64,000 nucleotides of DNA, taken from positions 11,044,017-11,108,016 of the forward strand of contig CM082592.2 in the NCBI GenBank assembly GCA_040954595.2. The letters are read 5' to 3'. Within the stretch, counting starts at the first letter, position 1; each line of letters opens with the position of its first letter. The translations under genes and the position numbers were made by a program. This DNA is from Balanoglossus misakiensis. Lineage: Eukaryota; Animalia; Hemichordata. A model generated the notes under the pieces. The model did not search any database, had not been told where the DNA came from, and saw only the letters and a list, made by a program, of their open reading frames with translations. Below, piece by piece: positions 1 through 15,000 of the stretch.

Positions 1-3000
1 AAATTTGGCCGATTTTTGAAAAAATCATGGGTTATAGCTCAGGAAAATCGTCAAAAAATGACAATTTTTCGACTTTGGGGAATTTCAAATTTTGGCCGAT
101 TTTTGAAAAAATCATGGGTTATAGCTCAGGAAAATCGTCAAAAAATGACAATTTTTCGACTTTGGGGAATTTCAAATTTTGGCCGATTTTTGAAAAAATC
201 ATGGGTTATAGCTCAGGAAAATCGTCAAAAAATGACAATTTTTCGACTTTGGGGAATTTCAAAATTTGGCCGATTTTTGAAAAAATCATGGGTTATAGCT
301 CAGGAAAATCGTCAAAAAATGACAATTTTTCGACTTTGGGGAATTTCAAATTTTGGCCGATTTTTGAAAAAATCATGGGTTATAGCTCAGGAAAATCGTC
401 AAAAAATGACAATTTTTCGACTTTGGGGAATTTCAAAATTTGGCCGATTTTTGAAAAAATCATGGGTTATAGCTCAGGAAAATCGTCAAAAAATGACAAT
501 TTTTCGACTTTGGGGAATTTCAAATTTTGGCCGATTTTTGAAAAAATCATGGGTTATAGCTCAGGAAAATCGTCAAAAAATGACAATTTTTCGACTTTGG
601 GGAATTTCAAAATTTGTCCGATTTTTGAAAAAATCATGGGTTATAGCTCAGGAAAATCGTCAAAAAATGACAATTTTTCGACTTTGGGGAATTTCAAAAT
701 TTGTCCGATTTTTGAAAAAATCATGGGTTATAGCTCAGGAAAATCGTCAAAAAATGACAATTTTTCGACTTTGGGGAATTTCAAAATTTGACCGATTTTT
801 GAAAAAATCATGGGTTATAGCTCAGGAAAATCGTCAAAAAATGACAATTTTTCGACTTTGGGGAATTTCAAAATTTGGCCGATTTTTGAAAAAATCATGG
901 GTTATAGCTCAGGAAAATCGTCAAAAAATGACAATTTTTCGACTTTGGGGAATTTCAAAATTTGGCCGATTTTTGAAAAAATCATGGGTTATAGCTCAGG
1001 AAAATCGTCAAAAAATGACAATTTTTCGACTTTGGGGAATTTCAAAATTTGGCCGATTTTTGAAAAAATCATGGGTTATAGCTCAGGAAAATCGTCAAAA
1101 AATGACAATTTTTCGACTTTGGGGAATTTCAAAATTTGGCCGATTTTTGAAAAAATCATGGGTTATAGCTCAGGAAAATCGTCAAAAAATGACAATTTTT
1201 CGACTTTGGGGAATTTCAAAATTTGGCCGATTTTTGAAAAAATCATGGGTTATAGCTCAGGAAAATCGTCAAAAAATGACAATTTTTCGACTTTGGGGAA
1301 TTTCAAAATTTGGCCGATTTTTGAAAAAATCATGGGTTATAGCTCAGGAAAATCGTCAAAAAATGACAATTTTTCGACTTTGGGGAATTTCAAAATTTGG
1401 CCGATTTTTGAAAAAATCATGGGTTATAGCTCAGGAAAATCGTCAAAAAATGACAATTTTTCGACTTTGGGGAATTTCAAAATTTGGCCGATTTTTGAAA
1501 AAATCATGGGTTATAGCTCAGGAAAATCGTCAAAAAATGACAATTTTTCGACTTTGGGGAATTTCAAATTTTGGCCGATTTTTGAAAAAATCATGGGTTA
1601 TAGCTCAGGAAAATCGTCAAAAAATGACAATTTTTCGACTTTGGGGAATTTCAAATTTTGGCCGATTTTTGAAAAAATCATGGGTTATAGCTCAGGAAAA
1701 TCGTCAAAAAATGACAAATTTTCGACTTTGGGGAATTTCAAAATTTGGCCGATTTTTCAAAAAATCGTGGGTTATAGCTCAGGAAAATCGTCAAAAAATG
1801 ACAATTTTTCGACTTTGGGGAATTTCAAAATTTGGCCGATTTTTGAAAAAATCATGGGTTATAGCTCAGGAAAATCGTCAAAAAATAACAATTTTTCGAC
1901 TTTGGGGAATTTCAAAATTTGGCCGATTTTTGAAAAAATCATGGGTTATAGCTCAGGAAAATCGTCAAAAAATGACAATTTTTCGACTTTGGTGAATTTC
2001 AAATTTTGGCCGATTTTTGAAAAAATCATGGGTTATAGCTCAGGAAAATCGTCAAAAAATGACAAATTTTCGACTTTGGGGAATTTCAAAATTTGTCCGA
2101 TTTTTGAAAAAATCATGGGTTATAGCTCAGGAAAATCGTCAAAAAATGACAAATTTTCGACTTTGGGGAATTTCAAAATTTATCCGATTTTTGAAAAAAT
2201 CATGGGTTATAGCTCAGGAAAATCGTCAAAAAATGACAAATTTTCGACTTTGGGGAATTTCAAAATTTGTCCGATTTTTGAAAAAATCATGGGTTATAGC
2301 TCAGGAAAATCGTCAAAAAATGACAAATTTTCGACTTTGGGGAATTTCAAAATTTGTCCGATTTTTGAAAAAATCATGGGTTATAGCTCAGGAAAATCGT
2401 CAAAAAATGACAAATTTTCGACTTTGGGGAATTTCAAAATTTGTCCGATTTTTGAAAAAATCATGGGTTATAGCTCAGGAAAATCGTCAAAAAATGACAA
2501 ATTTTCGACTTTGGGGAATTTCAAAATTTGGCCGATTTTTGAAAAAATCATGGGTTATAGCTCAGGAAAATCGTCAAAAAATGACAAATTTTCGACTTTG
2601 GGGAATTTCAAAATTTGGCCGATTTTTGAAAAAATCATGGGTTATAGCTCAGGAAAATCGTCAAAAAATGACAATTTTTCGACTTTGGGTAATTTCAAAT
2701 TTTGGCCGATTTTTGAAAAAATCATGGGTTATAGCTCAGGAAAATCGTCAAAAAATGAAAATTTTTCGACTTTGGGGAATTTCAAAATTTGGCCGATTTT
2801 TGAAAAAATCATGGGTTATAGCTCAGGAAAATCGTCAAAAAATGACAATTTTTCGACTTTGGGGAATTTCAAAATTTGTCCGATTTTTGAAAAAATCATG
2901 GGTTATAGCTCAGGAAAATCGTCAAAAAATGACAATTTTTCGACTTTGGGGAATTTCAAAATTTGTCCGATTTTTGAAAAAATCATGGGTTATAGCTCAG

Positions 3001-6000
3001 GAAAATCGTCAAAAAATGACAATTTTTCGACTTTGGGGAATTTCAAAATTTGTCCGATTTTTGAAAAAATCATGGGTTATAGCTCAGGAAAATCGTCAAA
3101 AAATGACAATTTTTCGACTTTGGGGAATTTCAAAATTTGTCCGATTTTTGAAAAAATCATGGGTTATAGCTCAGGAAAATCGTCAAAAAATGACAATTTT
3201 TCGACTTTGGGGAATTTTAAAATTTGACCGATTTTTGAAAAAATCATGGGTTATAGCTCAGGAAAATCGTCAAAAAATGACAATTTTTCGACTTTGGGGA
3301 ATTTCAAAATTTGGCCGATTTTTGAAAAAATCATGGGTTATAGCTCAGGAAAATCGTCAAAAAATGACAATTTTTCGACTTTGGGGAATTTCAAAATTTG
3401 GCCGATTTTTGAAAAAATCATGGGTTATAGCTCAGGAAAATCGTCAAAAAATGACAATTTTTCGACTTTGGTGAATTTCAAATTTTGGCCGATTTTTGAA
3501 AAAATCATGGGTTATAGCTCAGGAAAATCGTCAAAAAATGACAATTTTTCGACTTTGGGGAATTTCAAAATTTGTCCGATTTTTGAAAAAATCATGGGTT
3601 ATAGCTCAGGAAAATCGTCAAAAAATGACAATTTTTCGACTTTGGGGAATTTCAAAATTTGGCCGATTTTTCAAAAAATCATGGGTTATAGCTCAGGAAA
3701 ATCGTCAAAAAATGACAATTTTTCGACTTTGGGGAATTTCAAAATTTGTCCGATTTTTGAAAAAATCATGGGTTATAGCTCAGGAAAATCGTCAAAAAAT
3801 GACAATTTTTCGACTATGGGGAATTTCAAAATTTGTCCGATTTTTGAAAAAATCATGGGTTATAGCTCAGGAAAATCGTCAAAAAATGACAATTTTTCGA
3901 CTTTGGGGAATTTCAAAATTTGGCCGATTTTTGAAAAAATCATGGGTTATAGCTCAGGAAAATCGTCAAAAAATGACAATTTTTCGACTTTGGGGAATTT
4001 CAAAATTTGGCCGATTTTTGAAAAAATCATGGGTTATAGCTCAGGAAAATCGTCAAAAAATGACAATTTTTCGACTTTGGGGAATTTCAAAATTTGGCCG
4101 ATATTTGAAAAATTCATGGGTTATAGCTCAGGAAAATCGTCAAAAAATGACAATTTTTCGACTTTGGGGAATTTCAAAATTTGGCCGATTTTTGAAAAAA
4201 TCATGGGTTATAGCTCAGGAAAATCGTCAAAAAATGACAATTTTTCGACTTTGGGGAATTTCAAAATTTGTCCGATTTTTGAAAAAATCATGGGTTATAG
4301 CTCAGGAAAATCGTCAAAAAATGACAATTTTTCGACTATGGGGAATTTCAAAATTTGTCCGATTTTTGAAAAAATCATGGGTTATAGCTCAGGAAAATCG
4401 TCAAAAAATGACAATTTTTCGACTTTGGGGAATTTCAAAATTTGTCCGATTTTTGAAAAAATCATGGGTTATAGCTCAGGAAAATCGTCAAAAAATGACA
4501 ATTTTTCGACTTTGGGGAATTTCAAAATTTGTCCGATTTTTGAAAAAATCATGGGTTATAGCTCAGGAAAATCGTCAAAAAATGACAATTTTTCGACTTT
4601 GGGGAATTTCAAAATTTGTCCGATTTTTGAAAAAATCATGGGTTATAGCTCAGGAAAATCGTCAAAAAATGACAATTTTTCGACTTTGGGGAATTTCAAA
4701 ATTTGTCCGATTTTTGAAAAAATCATGGGTTATAGCTCAGGAAAATCGTCAAAAAATGACAATTTTTCGGCTTTGGGGAATTTTAAAATTTGACCGATTT
4801 TTGAAAAAATCATGGGTTATAGCTCAGGAAAATCGTCAAAAAATGACAATTTTTCGACTTTGGGGAATTTCAAAATTTGGCCGATTTTTGAAAAAATCAT
4901 GGGTTATAGCTCAGGAAAATCGTCAAAAAATGACAATTTTTCGACTTTGGGGAATTTCAAAATTTGTCCGATTTTTGAAAAAATCATGGGTTATAGCTCA
5001 GGAAAATCGTCAAAAAATGACAATTTTTCGACTATGGGGAATTTCAAAATTTGTCCGATTTTTGAAAAAATCATGGGTTATAGCTCAGGAAAATCGTCAA
5101 AAAATGACTATTTTTCGACTTTGGGGAATTTCAAAATTTGGCCGATTTTTGAAAAAATCATGGGTTATAGCTCAGGAAAATCGTCAAAAAATGACTATTT
5201 TTCGACTTTGGGGAATTTCAAAATTTGGCCGATTTTTGAAAAAATCATGGGTTATAGCTCAGGAAAATCGTCAAAAAATGACAATTTTTCGACTTTGGGG
5301 AATTTCAAAATTTGGCCGATATTTGAAAAATTCATGGGTTATAGCTCAGGAAAATCGTCAAAGAATGACAATTTTTCGACTTTGGGGAATTTCAAAATTT
5401 GGCCGATTTTTGAAAAAATCATGGGTTATAGCTCAGGAAAATCGTCAAAAAATGACAATTTTTCGACTTTGGGGAATTTCAAAATTTGTCCGATTTTTGA
5501 AAAAATCATGGGTTATAGCTCAGGAAAATCGTCAAAAAATGACAATTTTTCGACTTTGGGGAATTTCAAAATTTGTCCGATTTTTGAAAAAATCATGGGT
5601 TATAGCTCAGGAAAATCGTCAAAAAATGACAATTTTTCGACTTTGGGGAATTTTAAAATTTGGCCGATTTTTGAAAAAATCATGGGTTATAGCTCAGGAA
5701 AATCGTCAAAAAATGACAATTTTTCGACTTTGGGGAATTTCAAAATTTGGCCGATTTTTGAAAAAATCATGGGTTATAGCTCAGGAAAATCGTCAAAAAA
5801 TGACAATTTTTCGACTTTGGGGAATTTCAAAATTTGGCCGATTTATGAAAAAATCATGGGTTATAGCTCAGGAAAATCGTCAAAAAATGACAATTTTTCG
5901 ACTTTGGGGAATTTCAAAATTTGTCCGATTTTTGAAAAAATCATGGGTTATAGCTCAGGAAAATCGTCAAAAAATGACAATTTTTCGACTATGGGGAATT

Positions 6001-9000
6001 TCAAAATTTGTCCGATTTTTGAAAAAATCATGGGTTATAGCTCAGGAAAATCGTCAAAAAATGACAATTTTTCGACTTTGGGGAATTTCAAAATTTGGCC
6101 GATTTTTGAAAAAATCATGGGTTATAGCTCAGGAAAATCGTCAAAAAATGACAATTTTTCGACTTTGGGGAATTTCAAAATTTGGCCGATTTTTGAAAAA
6201 ATCATGGGTTATAGCTCAGGAAAATCGTCAAAAAATGACAATTTTTCGACTTTGGGGAATTTCAAAATTTGGCCGATATTTGTAAAATTCATGGGTTATA
6301 GCTCAGGAAAATCGTCAAAAAATGACAATTTTTCGACTTTGGGGAATTTCAAAATTTGGCCGATTTTTGAAAAAATCATGGGTTATAGCTCAGGAAAATC
6401 GTCAAAAAATGACAATTTTTCGACTTTGGGGAATTTCAAAATTTGTCCGATTTTTGAAAAAATCATGGGTTATAGCTCAGGAAAATCGTCAAAAAATGAC
6501 AATTTTTCGACTTTGGGGAATTTCAAAATTTGGCCGATTTTTGAAAAAATCATGGGTTATAGCTCAGGAAAATCGTCAGAAAATGACAATTTTTCGACTT
6601 TGGGGAATTTCAAAATTTGTCCGATTTTTGAAAAAATCATGGGTTATAGCTCAGGAAAATCGTCAGAAAATGACAATTTTTCGACTTTGGGGAATTTCAA
6701 AATTTGGCCGATTTTTGAAAAAATCATGGGTTATAGCTCAGGAAAATCGTCAAAAAATGACAATTTTTCGACTTTGGGGAATTTCAAAATTTGGCCGATT
6801 TTTGAAAAAATCATGGGTTATAGCTCAGGAAAATCGTCAAAAAATGACAATTTTTCGACTTTGGGGAATTTCAAAATTTGGCCGATTTTTGAAAAAATCA
6901 TGGGTTATAGCTCAGGAAAATCGTCAAAAAATGACAATTTTTCGACTTTGGGGAATTTCAAAATTTGGCCGATTTTTGAAAAAATCATGGGTTATAGCTC
7001 AGGAAAATCGTCAAAAAATGACAATTTTTCGACTTTGGGGAATTTCAAAATTTGGCCGATTTTTGAAAAAATCATGGGTTATAGCTCAGGAAAATCGTCA
7101 AAAAATGACAATTTTTCGACTTTGGGGAATTTCAAAATTTGGCCGATTTTTGAAAAAATCATGGGTTATAGCTCAGGAAAATCGTCAAAAAATGACAATT
7201 TTTCGATTTTGGGGAATTTCAAAATTTGGCCGATTTTTGAAAAAATCATGGGTTATAGCTCAGGAAAATCGTCAAAAAATGACAATTTTTCGACTTTGGG
7301 GAATTTCAAATTTTGGCCGATTTTTGAAAAAATCATGGGTTATAGCTCAGGAAAATCGTCAAAAAATGACAATTTTTCGACTTTGGGGAATTTCAAAATT
7401 TGGCCGATTTTTGAAAAAATCATGGGTTATAGCTCAGGAAAATCGTCAAAAAATGACAATTTTTCGACTTTGGGGAATTTCAAAATTTGGCCGATTTTTA
7501 AAAAAATCATGGGTTATAGCTCAGGAAAATCGTCAAAAAATGACAATTTTTCGACTTTGGGGAATTTCAAAATTTGGCCGATTTTTGAAAAAATCATGGG
7601 TTATAGCTCAGGAAAATCGTCAAAAAATGACAATTTTTCGACTTTGGGGAATTTCAAAATTTGGCCGATTTTTGAGAAAATCATGGGTTATAGCTCAGGA
7701 AAATCGTCAAAAAATGACAATTTTTCGACTTTGGGGAATTTCAAAATTTGTCCGATTTTTGAAAAAATCATGGGTTATAGCTCAGGAAAATCGTCAAAAA
7801 AATGACAATTTTTCGACTTTGGGGAATTTCAAAATTTGTCCGATTTTTGAAAAAATCATGGGTTATAGCTCAGGAAAATCGTCAAAAAAATGACAATTTT
7901 TCGACTTTGGGGAATTTCAAAATTTGTCCGATTTTTGAAAAAATCATGGGTTATAGCTCAGGAAAATCGTCAAAAAATGACAATTTTTCGACTTTGGGGA
8001 ATTTCAAAATTTGTCCGATTTTTGAAAAAATCATGGGTTATAGCTCAGGAAAATCGTCAAAAAATGACAATTTTTCGACTTTGGGGAATTTCAAAATTTG
8101 TCCGATTTTTGAAAAAATCATGGGTTATAGCTCAGGAAAATCGTCAAAAAAAGACAATTTTTCGACTTTGGGGAATTTCAAAATTTGTCCGATTTTTGAA
8201 AAAATCATGGGTTATAGCTCAGGAAAATCGTCAAAAAATGACAATTTTTCGACTTTGGGGAATTTCAAAATTTGTCCGATTTTTGAAAAAATCATGGGTT
8301 ATAGCTCAGGAAAATCGTCAAAAATTGACAATTTTTCGACTTTGGGGAATTTCAAAATTTGTCCGATTTTTGAAAAAATCATGGGTTATAGCTCAGGAAA
8401 ATCGTCAAAAAATGACAATTTTTCGACTTTGGGGAATTTCAAAATTTGTCCGATTTTTGAAAAAATCATGGGTTATAGCTCAGGAAAATCGTCAAAAAAT
8501 GACAATTTTTCGACTTTGGGGAATTTCAAAATTTGTCCGATTTTTGAAAAAATCATGGGTTATAGCTCAGGAAAATCGTCAAAAAATGACAATTTTTCGA
8601 CTTTGGGGAATTTCAAAATTTGTCCGATTTTTGAAAAAATCATGGGTTATAGCTCAGGAAAATCGTCAAAAAAATGACAATTTTTCGACTTTGGGGAATT
8701 TCAAAATTTGTCCGATTTTTGAAAAAATCATGGGTTATAGCTCAGGAAAATCGTCAAAAAATGACAATTTTTCGACTTTAGGGAATTTCAAAATTTGTCC
8801 GATTTTTGAAAAAATCATGGGTTATAGCTCAGGAAAATCGTCAAAAAATGACAATTTTTCGACTTTGGGGAATTTCAAAATTTGTCCGATTTTTGAAAAA
8901 ATCATGGGTTATAGCTCAGGAAAATCGTCAAAAAATGACAATTTTTCGACTTTGGGGAATTTCAAAATTTGTCCGATTTTTGAAAAAATCATGGGTTATA

Positions 9001-12000
9001 GCTCAGGAAAATCGTCAAAAAATGACAATTTTTCGACTTTGGGGAATTTCAAAATTTGTCCGATTTTTGAAAAAATCATGGGTTATAGCTCAGGAAAATC
9101 GTCAAAAAATGACAATTTTTCGACTTTGGGGAATTTCAAAATTTGGCCGATTTTTGAAAAAATCATGGGTTATAGCTCAGGAAAATCGTCAAAAAATGAC
9201 AATTTTTCGACTTTGGGGAATTTCAAAATTTGGCCGATTTTTGAAAAAATCATGGGTTATAGCTCAGGAAAATCGTCAAAAAATGACAATTTTTCGACTT
9301 TGGGGAATTTCAAAATTTGGCCGATTTTTGAAAAAATCATGGGTTATAGCTCAGGAAAATCGTCAAAAAATGACAATTTTTCGACTTTGGGGAATTTCAA
9401 AATTTGGCCGATTTTTGAAAAAATCATGGGTTATAGCTCAGGAAAATCGTCAAAAAATGACAATTTTTCGACTTTGGGGAATTTCAAAATTTGGCCGATT
9501 TTTGAAAAAATCATGGGTTATAGCTCAGGAAAATCGTCAAAAAATGACAATTTTTCGACTTTGGGGAATTTCAAAATTTGGCCGATTTTTGAAAAATCAT
9601 GGGTTATAGCTCAGGAAAATCGTCAAAAAATGACAATTTTTCGACTTTGGGGAATTTCAAAATTTGGCCGATTTTTGAAAAAATCATGGGTTATAGCTCA
9701 GGAAAATCGTCAAAAAATGACAATTTTTCGACTTTGGGGAATTTCAAAATTTGGCCGATTTTTGAAAAAATCATGGGTTATAGCTCAGGAAAATCGTCAA
9801 AAAATGACAATTTTTCGACTTTGGGGAATTTCAAAATTTGGCCGATTTTTGAAAAAATCATGGGTTATAGCTCAGGAAAATCGTCAAAAAATGACAATTT
9901 TTCGACTTTGGGGAATTTCAAAATTTGTCCGATTTTTGAAAAAATCATGGGTTATAGCTCAGGAAAATCGTCAAAAAATGACAATTTTTCGACTTTGGGG
10001 AATTTCAAAATTTGTCCGATTTTTGAAAAAATCATGGGTTATAGCTCAGGAAAATCGTCAAAAATTGACAATTTTTCGACTTTGGGGAATTTCAAAATTT
10101 GTCCGATTTTTGAAAAAATCATGGGTTATAGCTCAGGAAAATCGTCAAAAAATGACAATTTTTCGACTTTGGGGAATTTCAAAATTTGTCCGATTTTTGA
10201 AAAAATCATGGGTTATAGCTCAGGAAAATCGTCAAAAAATGACAATTTTTCGACTTTGGGGAATTTCAAAATTTGTCCGATTTTTGAAAAAATCATGGGT
10301 TATAGCTCAGGAAAATCGTCAAAAAAATGACAATTTTTCGACTTTGGGGAATTTCAAAATTTGTCCGATTTTTGAAAAAATCATGGGTTATAGCTCAGGA
10401 AAATCGTCAAAAAATGACAATTTTTCGACTTTGGGGAATTTCAAAATTTGGCCGATTTTTGAAAAAATCATGGGTTATAGCTCAGGAAAATCGTCAAAAA
10501 ATGACAATTTTTCGACTTTGGGGAATTTCAAAATTTGGCCGATTTTTGAAAAAATCATGGGTTATAGCTCAGGAAAATCGTCAAAAAATGACAATTTTTC
10601 GACTTTGGGGAATTTCAAAATTTGTCCGATTTTTGAAAAAATCATGGGTTATAGCTCAGGAAAATCGTCAAAAAATGACAATTTTTCGACTTTGGGGAAT
10701 TTCAAAATTTGTCCGATTTTTGAAAAAATCATGGGTTATAGCTCAGAAAAATCGTCAAAAAATGACAATTTTTCGACTTTGGGGAATTTCAAAATTTGTC
10801 CGATTTTTGAAAAAATCATGGGTTATAGCTCAGGAAAATCGTCAAAAAATGACAATTTTTCGACTTTGGGGAATTTCAAAATTTGTCCGATTTTTAAAAA
10901 AATCATGGGTTATAGCTCAGGAAAATCGTCAAAAAATGACAATTTTTCGACTTTGGGGAATTTCAAAATTTGTCCGATTTTTGAAAAAATCATGGGTTAT
11001 AGCTCAGGAAAATCGTCAAAAAATGACAATTTTTCGACTTTGGGGAATTTCAAAATTTGTCCGATTTTTGAAAAAATCATGGGTTATAGCTCAGGAAAAT
11101 CGTCAAAAAATGACAATTTTTCGACTTTGGGGAATTTCAAAATTTGTCCGATTTTTGAAAAAATCATGGGTTATAGCTCAGGAAAATCGTCAAAAAATGA
11201 CAATTTTTCGACTTTGGGGAATTTCAAAATTTGGCCGATTTTTGAAAAAATCATGGGTTATAGCTCAGGAAAATCGTCAAAAAATGACAATTTTTCGACT
11301 TTGGGGAATTTCAAAATTTGGCCGATTTTTGAAAAAATCATGGGTTATAGCTCAGGAAAATCGTCAAAAAATGACAATTTTTCGACTTTGGGGAATTTCA
11401 AAATTTGGCCGATTTTTGAAAAAATCATGGGTTATAGCTCAGGAAAATCGTCAAAAAATGACAATTTTTCGACTTTGGGGAATTTCAAAATTTGGCCGAT
11501 TTTTGAAAAAATCATGGGTTATAGCTCAGGAAAATCGTCAAAAAATGACAATTTTTCGACTTTGGGGAATTTCAAAATTTGGCCGATTTTTGAAAAAATC
11601 ATGGGTTATAGCTCAGGAAAATCGTCAAAAAATGACAATTTTTCGACTTTGGGGAATTTCAAAATTTGGCCGATTTTTGAAAAAATCATGGGTTATAGCT
11701 CAGGAAAATCGTCAAAAAATGACAATTTTTCGACTTTGGGGAATTTCAAAATTTGGCCGATTTTTGAAAAAATCATGGGTTATAGCTCAGGAAAATCGTC
11801 AAAAAATGACAATTTTTCGACTTTGGGGAATTTCAAAATTTGGCCGATTTTTGACAAAATCATGGGTTATAGCTCAGGAAAATCGTCAAAAAATGACAAT
11901 TTTTCGACTTTGGAGAATTTCAAAATTTGGCCGATTTTTGAAAAAATCATGGGTTATAGCTCAGGAAAATCGTCAAAAAATGACAATTTTTCGACTTTGG

Positions 12001-15000
12001 GGAATTTCAAAATTTGGCCGATTTTTGAAAAAATCATGGGTTATAGCTCAGGAAAATCGTCAAAAAATGACAATTTTTCGACTTTGGGGAATTTCAAAAT
12101 TTGGCCGATTTTTGAAAAAATCATGGGTTATAGCTCAGGAAAATCGTCAAAAAATGACAATTTTTCGACTTTGGGGAATTTCAAAATTTGGCCGATTTTT
12201 GAAAAAATCATGGGTTATAGCTCAGGAAAATCGTCAAAAAATGACAATTTTTCGACTTTGAGGAATTTCAAATTTTGGCCGATTTTTGAAAAAAATCATG
12301 GGTTATAGCTCAGGAAAATCGTCAAAAAATGACAATTTTTCGACTTTGGGGAATTTCAAATTTTGGCCGATTTTTGAAAAAATCATGGGTTATAGCTCAG
12401 GAAAATCGTCAAAAAATGACAATTTTTCGACTTTGGGGAATTTCAAAATTTGTCCGATTTTTGAAAAAATCATGGGTTATAGCTCAGGAAAATCGTCAAA
12501 AAATGACAATTTTTCGACTTTGGGGAATTTCAAATTTTGTCCGATTTTTGAAAAAATCATGGGTTATAGCTCAGGAAAATCGTCAAAAAATGACAATTTT
12601 TCGACTTTGGGGAATTTCAAATTTTGGCCGATTTTTGAAAAAATCATGGGTTATAGCTCAGGAAAATCGTCAAAAAATGACAATTTTTCGACTTTGGGGA
12701 ATTTCAAATTTTGGCCGATTTTTGAAAAAATCATGGGTTATAGCTCAGGAAAATCGTCAAAAAATGACAATTTTTCGACTTTGGGGAATTTCAAAATTTG
12801 TCCGATTTTTGAAAAAATCATGGGTTATAGCTCAGGAAAATCGTCAAAAAATGACAAATTTTCGACTTTGGGGAATTTCAAAATTTGGCCGATTTTTGAA
12901 AAAATCATGGGTTATAGCTCAGGAAAATCGTCAAAAATTGACAATTTTTCGACTTTGGGGAATTTCAAAATTTGTCCGATTTTTGAAAAAATCATGGGTT
13001 ATAGCTCAGGAAAATCGTCAAAAAATGACAATTTTTCGACTTTGGGGAATTTCAAAATTTGGCCGATTTTTGAAAAAATCATGGGTTATAGCTCAGGAAA
13101 ATCGTCAAAAAATGACAATTTTTCGACTTTGGGGAATTTCAAAATTTGGCCGATTTTTGAAAAAATCATGGGTTATAGCTCAGGAAAATCGTCAAAAAAT
13201 GACAATTTTTCGACTTTGGGGAATTTCAAAATTTGTCCGATTTTTGAAAAAATCATGGGTTATAGCTCAGGAAAATCGTCAAAAAATGACAATTTTTCGA
13301 CTTTGGGGAATTTCAAAATTTGTCCGATTTTTGAAAAAATCATGGGTTATAGCTCAGGAAAATCGTCAAAAAAATGACAATTTTTCGACTTTGGGGAATT
13401 TCAAAATTTGTCCGATTTTTGAAAAAATCATGGGTTATAGCTCAGGAAAATCGTCAAAATATGACAATTTTTCGACTTTGGGGAATTTCAAAATTTGTCC
13501 GATTTTTGAAAAAATCATGGGTTATAGCTCAGGAAAATCGTCAAAAAATGACAATTTTTCGACTTTGGGGAATTTCAAAATTTGTCCGATTTTTGAAAAA
13601 ATCATGGGTTATAGCTCAGGAAAATCGTCAAAAAATGACAATTTTTCGACTTTGGGGAATTTCAAATTTTGGCCGATTTTTGAAAAAATCATGGGTTATA
13701 GCTCAGGAAAATCGTCAAAAAATGACAATTTTTCGACTTTGGGGAATTTCAAATTTTGGCCGATTTTTGAAAAAATCATGGGTTATAGCTCAGGAAAATC
13801 GTCAAAAAATGACAAATTTTCGACTTTGGGGAATTTCAAAATTTGTCCGATTTTTGAAAAAATCATGGGTTATAGCTCAGGAAAATCGTCAAAAAATGAC
13901 AAATTTTCGACTTTGGGGAATTTCAAAATTTGGCCGATTTTTGAAAAAATCATGGGTTATAGCTCAGGAAAATCGTCAAAAAATGACAATTTTTCGACTT
14001 TGGGGAATTTCAAAATTTGTCCGATTTTTGAAAAAATCATGGGTTATAGCTCAGGAAAATCGTCAAAAAATGACAATTTTTCGACTTTGGGGAATTTCAA
14101 AATTTGTCCGATTTTTGAAAAAATCATGGGTTATAGCTCAGGAAAATCGTCAAAAAATGACAATTTTTCGGCTTTGGGGAATTTTAAAATTTGACCGATT
14201 TTTGAAAAAATCATGGGTTATAGCTCAGGAAAATCGTCAAAAAATGACAATTTTTCGACTTTGGGGAATTTCAAAATTTGGCCGATTTTTGAAAAAATCA
14301 TGGGTTATAGCTCAGGAAAATCGTCAAAAAATGACAATTTTTCGACTTTGGGGAATTTCAAAATTTGGCCGATTTATGAAAAAATCATGGGTTATAGCTC
14401 AGGAAAATCGTCAAAAAATGACAATTTTTCGACTTTGGGGAATTTCAAAATTTGGCCGATTTATGAAAAAATCATGGGTTATAGCTCAGGAAAATCGTCA
14501 AAAAATGACAATTTTTCGACTTTGGGGAATTTCAAAATTTGGCCGATATTTGAAAAAATCATGGGTTATAGCTCAGGAAAATCGTCAAAAAATGACAATT
14601 TTTCGACTTTGGGGAATTTCAAAATTTGGCCGATTTTTGAAAAAATCATGGGTTATAGCTCAGGAAAATCGTCAAAAAATGAAAATTTTTCGACTTTGGG
14701 GAATTCCAAAATTTGGCCGATTTTTGAAAAAATCATGGGTTATAGCTCAGGAAAATCGTCAAAAAATGACAATTTTTCGACTTTGGGGAATTTCAAAATT
14801 TGTCCGATTTTTGAAAAAATCATGGGTTATAGCTCAGGAAAATCGTCAAAAAATGACAATTTTTCGACTTTGGGGAATTTCAAAATTTGTCCGATTTTTG
14901 AAAAAATCATGGGTTATAGCTCAGGAAAATCGTCAAAAAAAATGACAATTTTTCGACTTTGGGGAATTTCAAAATTTGTCCGATTTTTGAAAAAATCATG

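Noticed and set aside
67-84. CENP-B box in the monomer (TTCGACTTTGGGG)
   Set aside because: Has TTCG but lacks the correctly spaced A and CGGG of the TTCGNNNNANNCGGG core.
7795-13375. Single-base A-tract indels as programmed frameshifts
   Set aside because: Isolated homopolymer length changes are expected from slippage or long-read error, and the frames are not coding.
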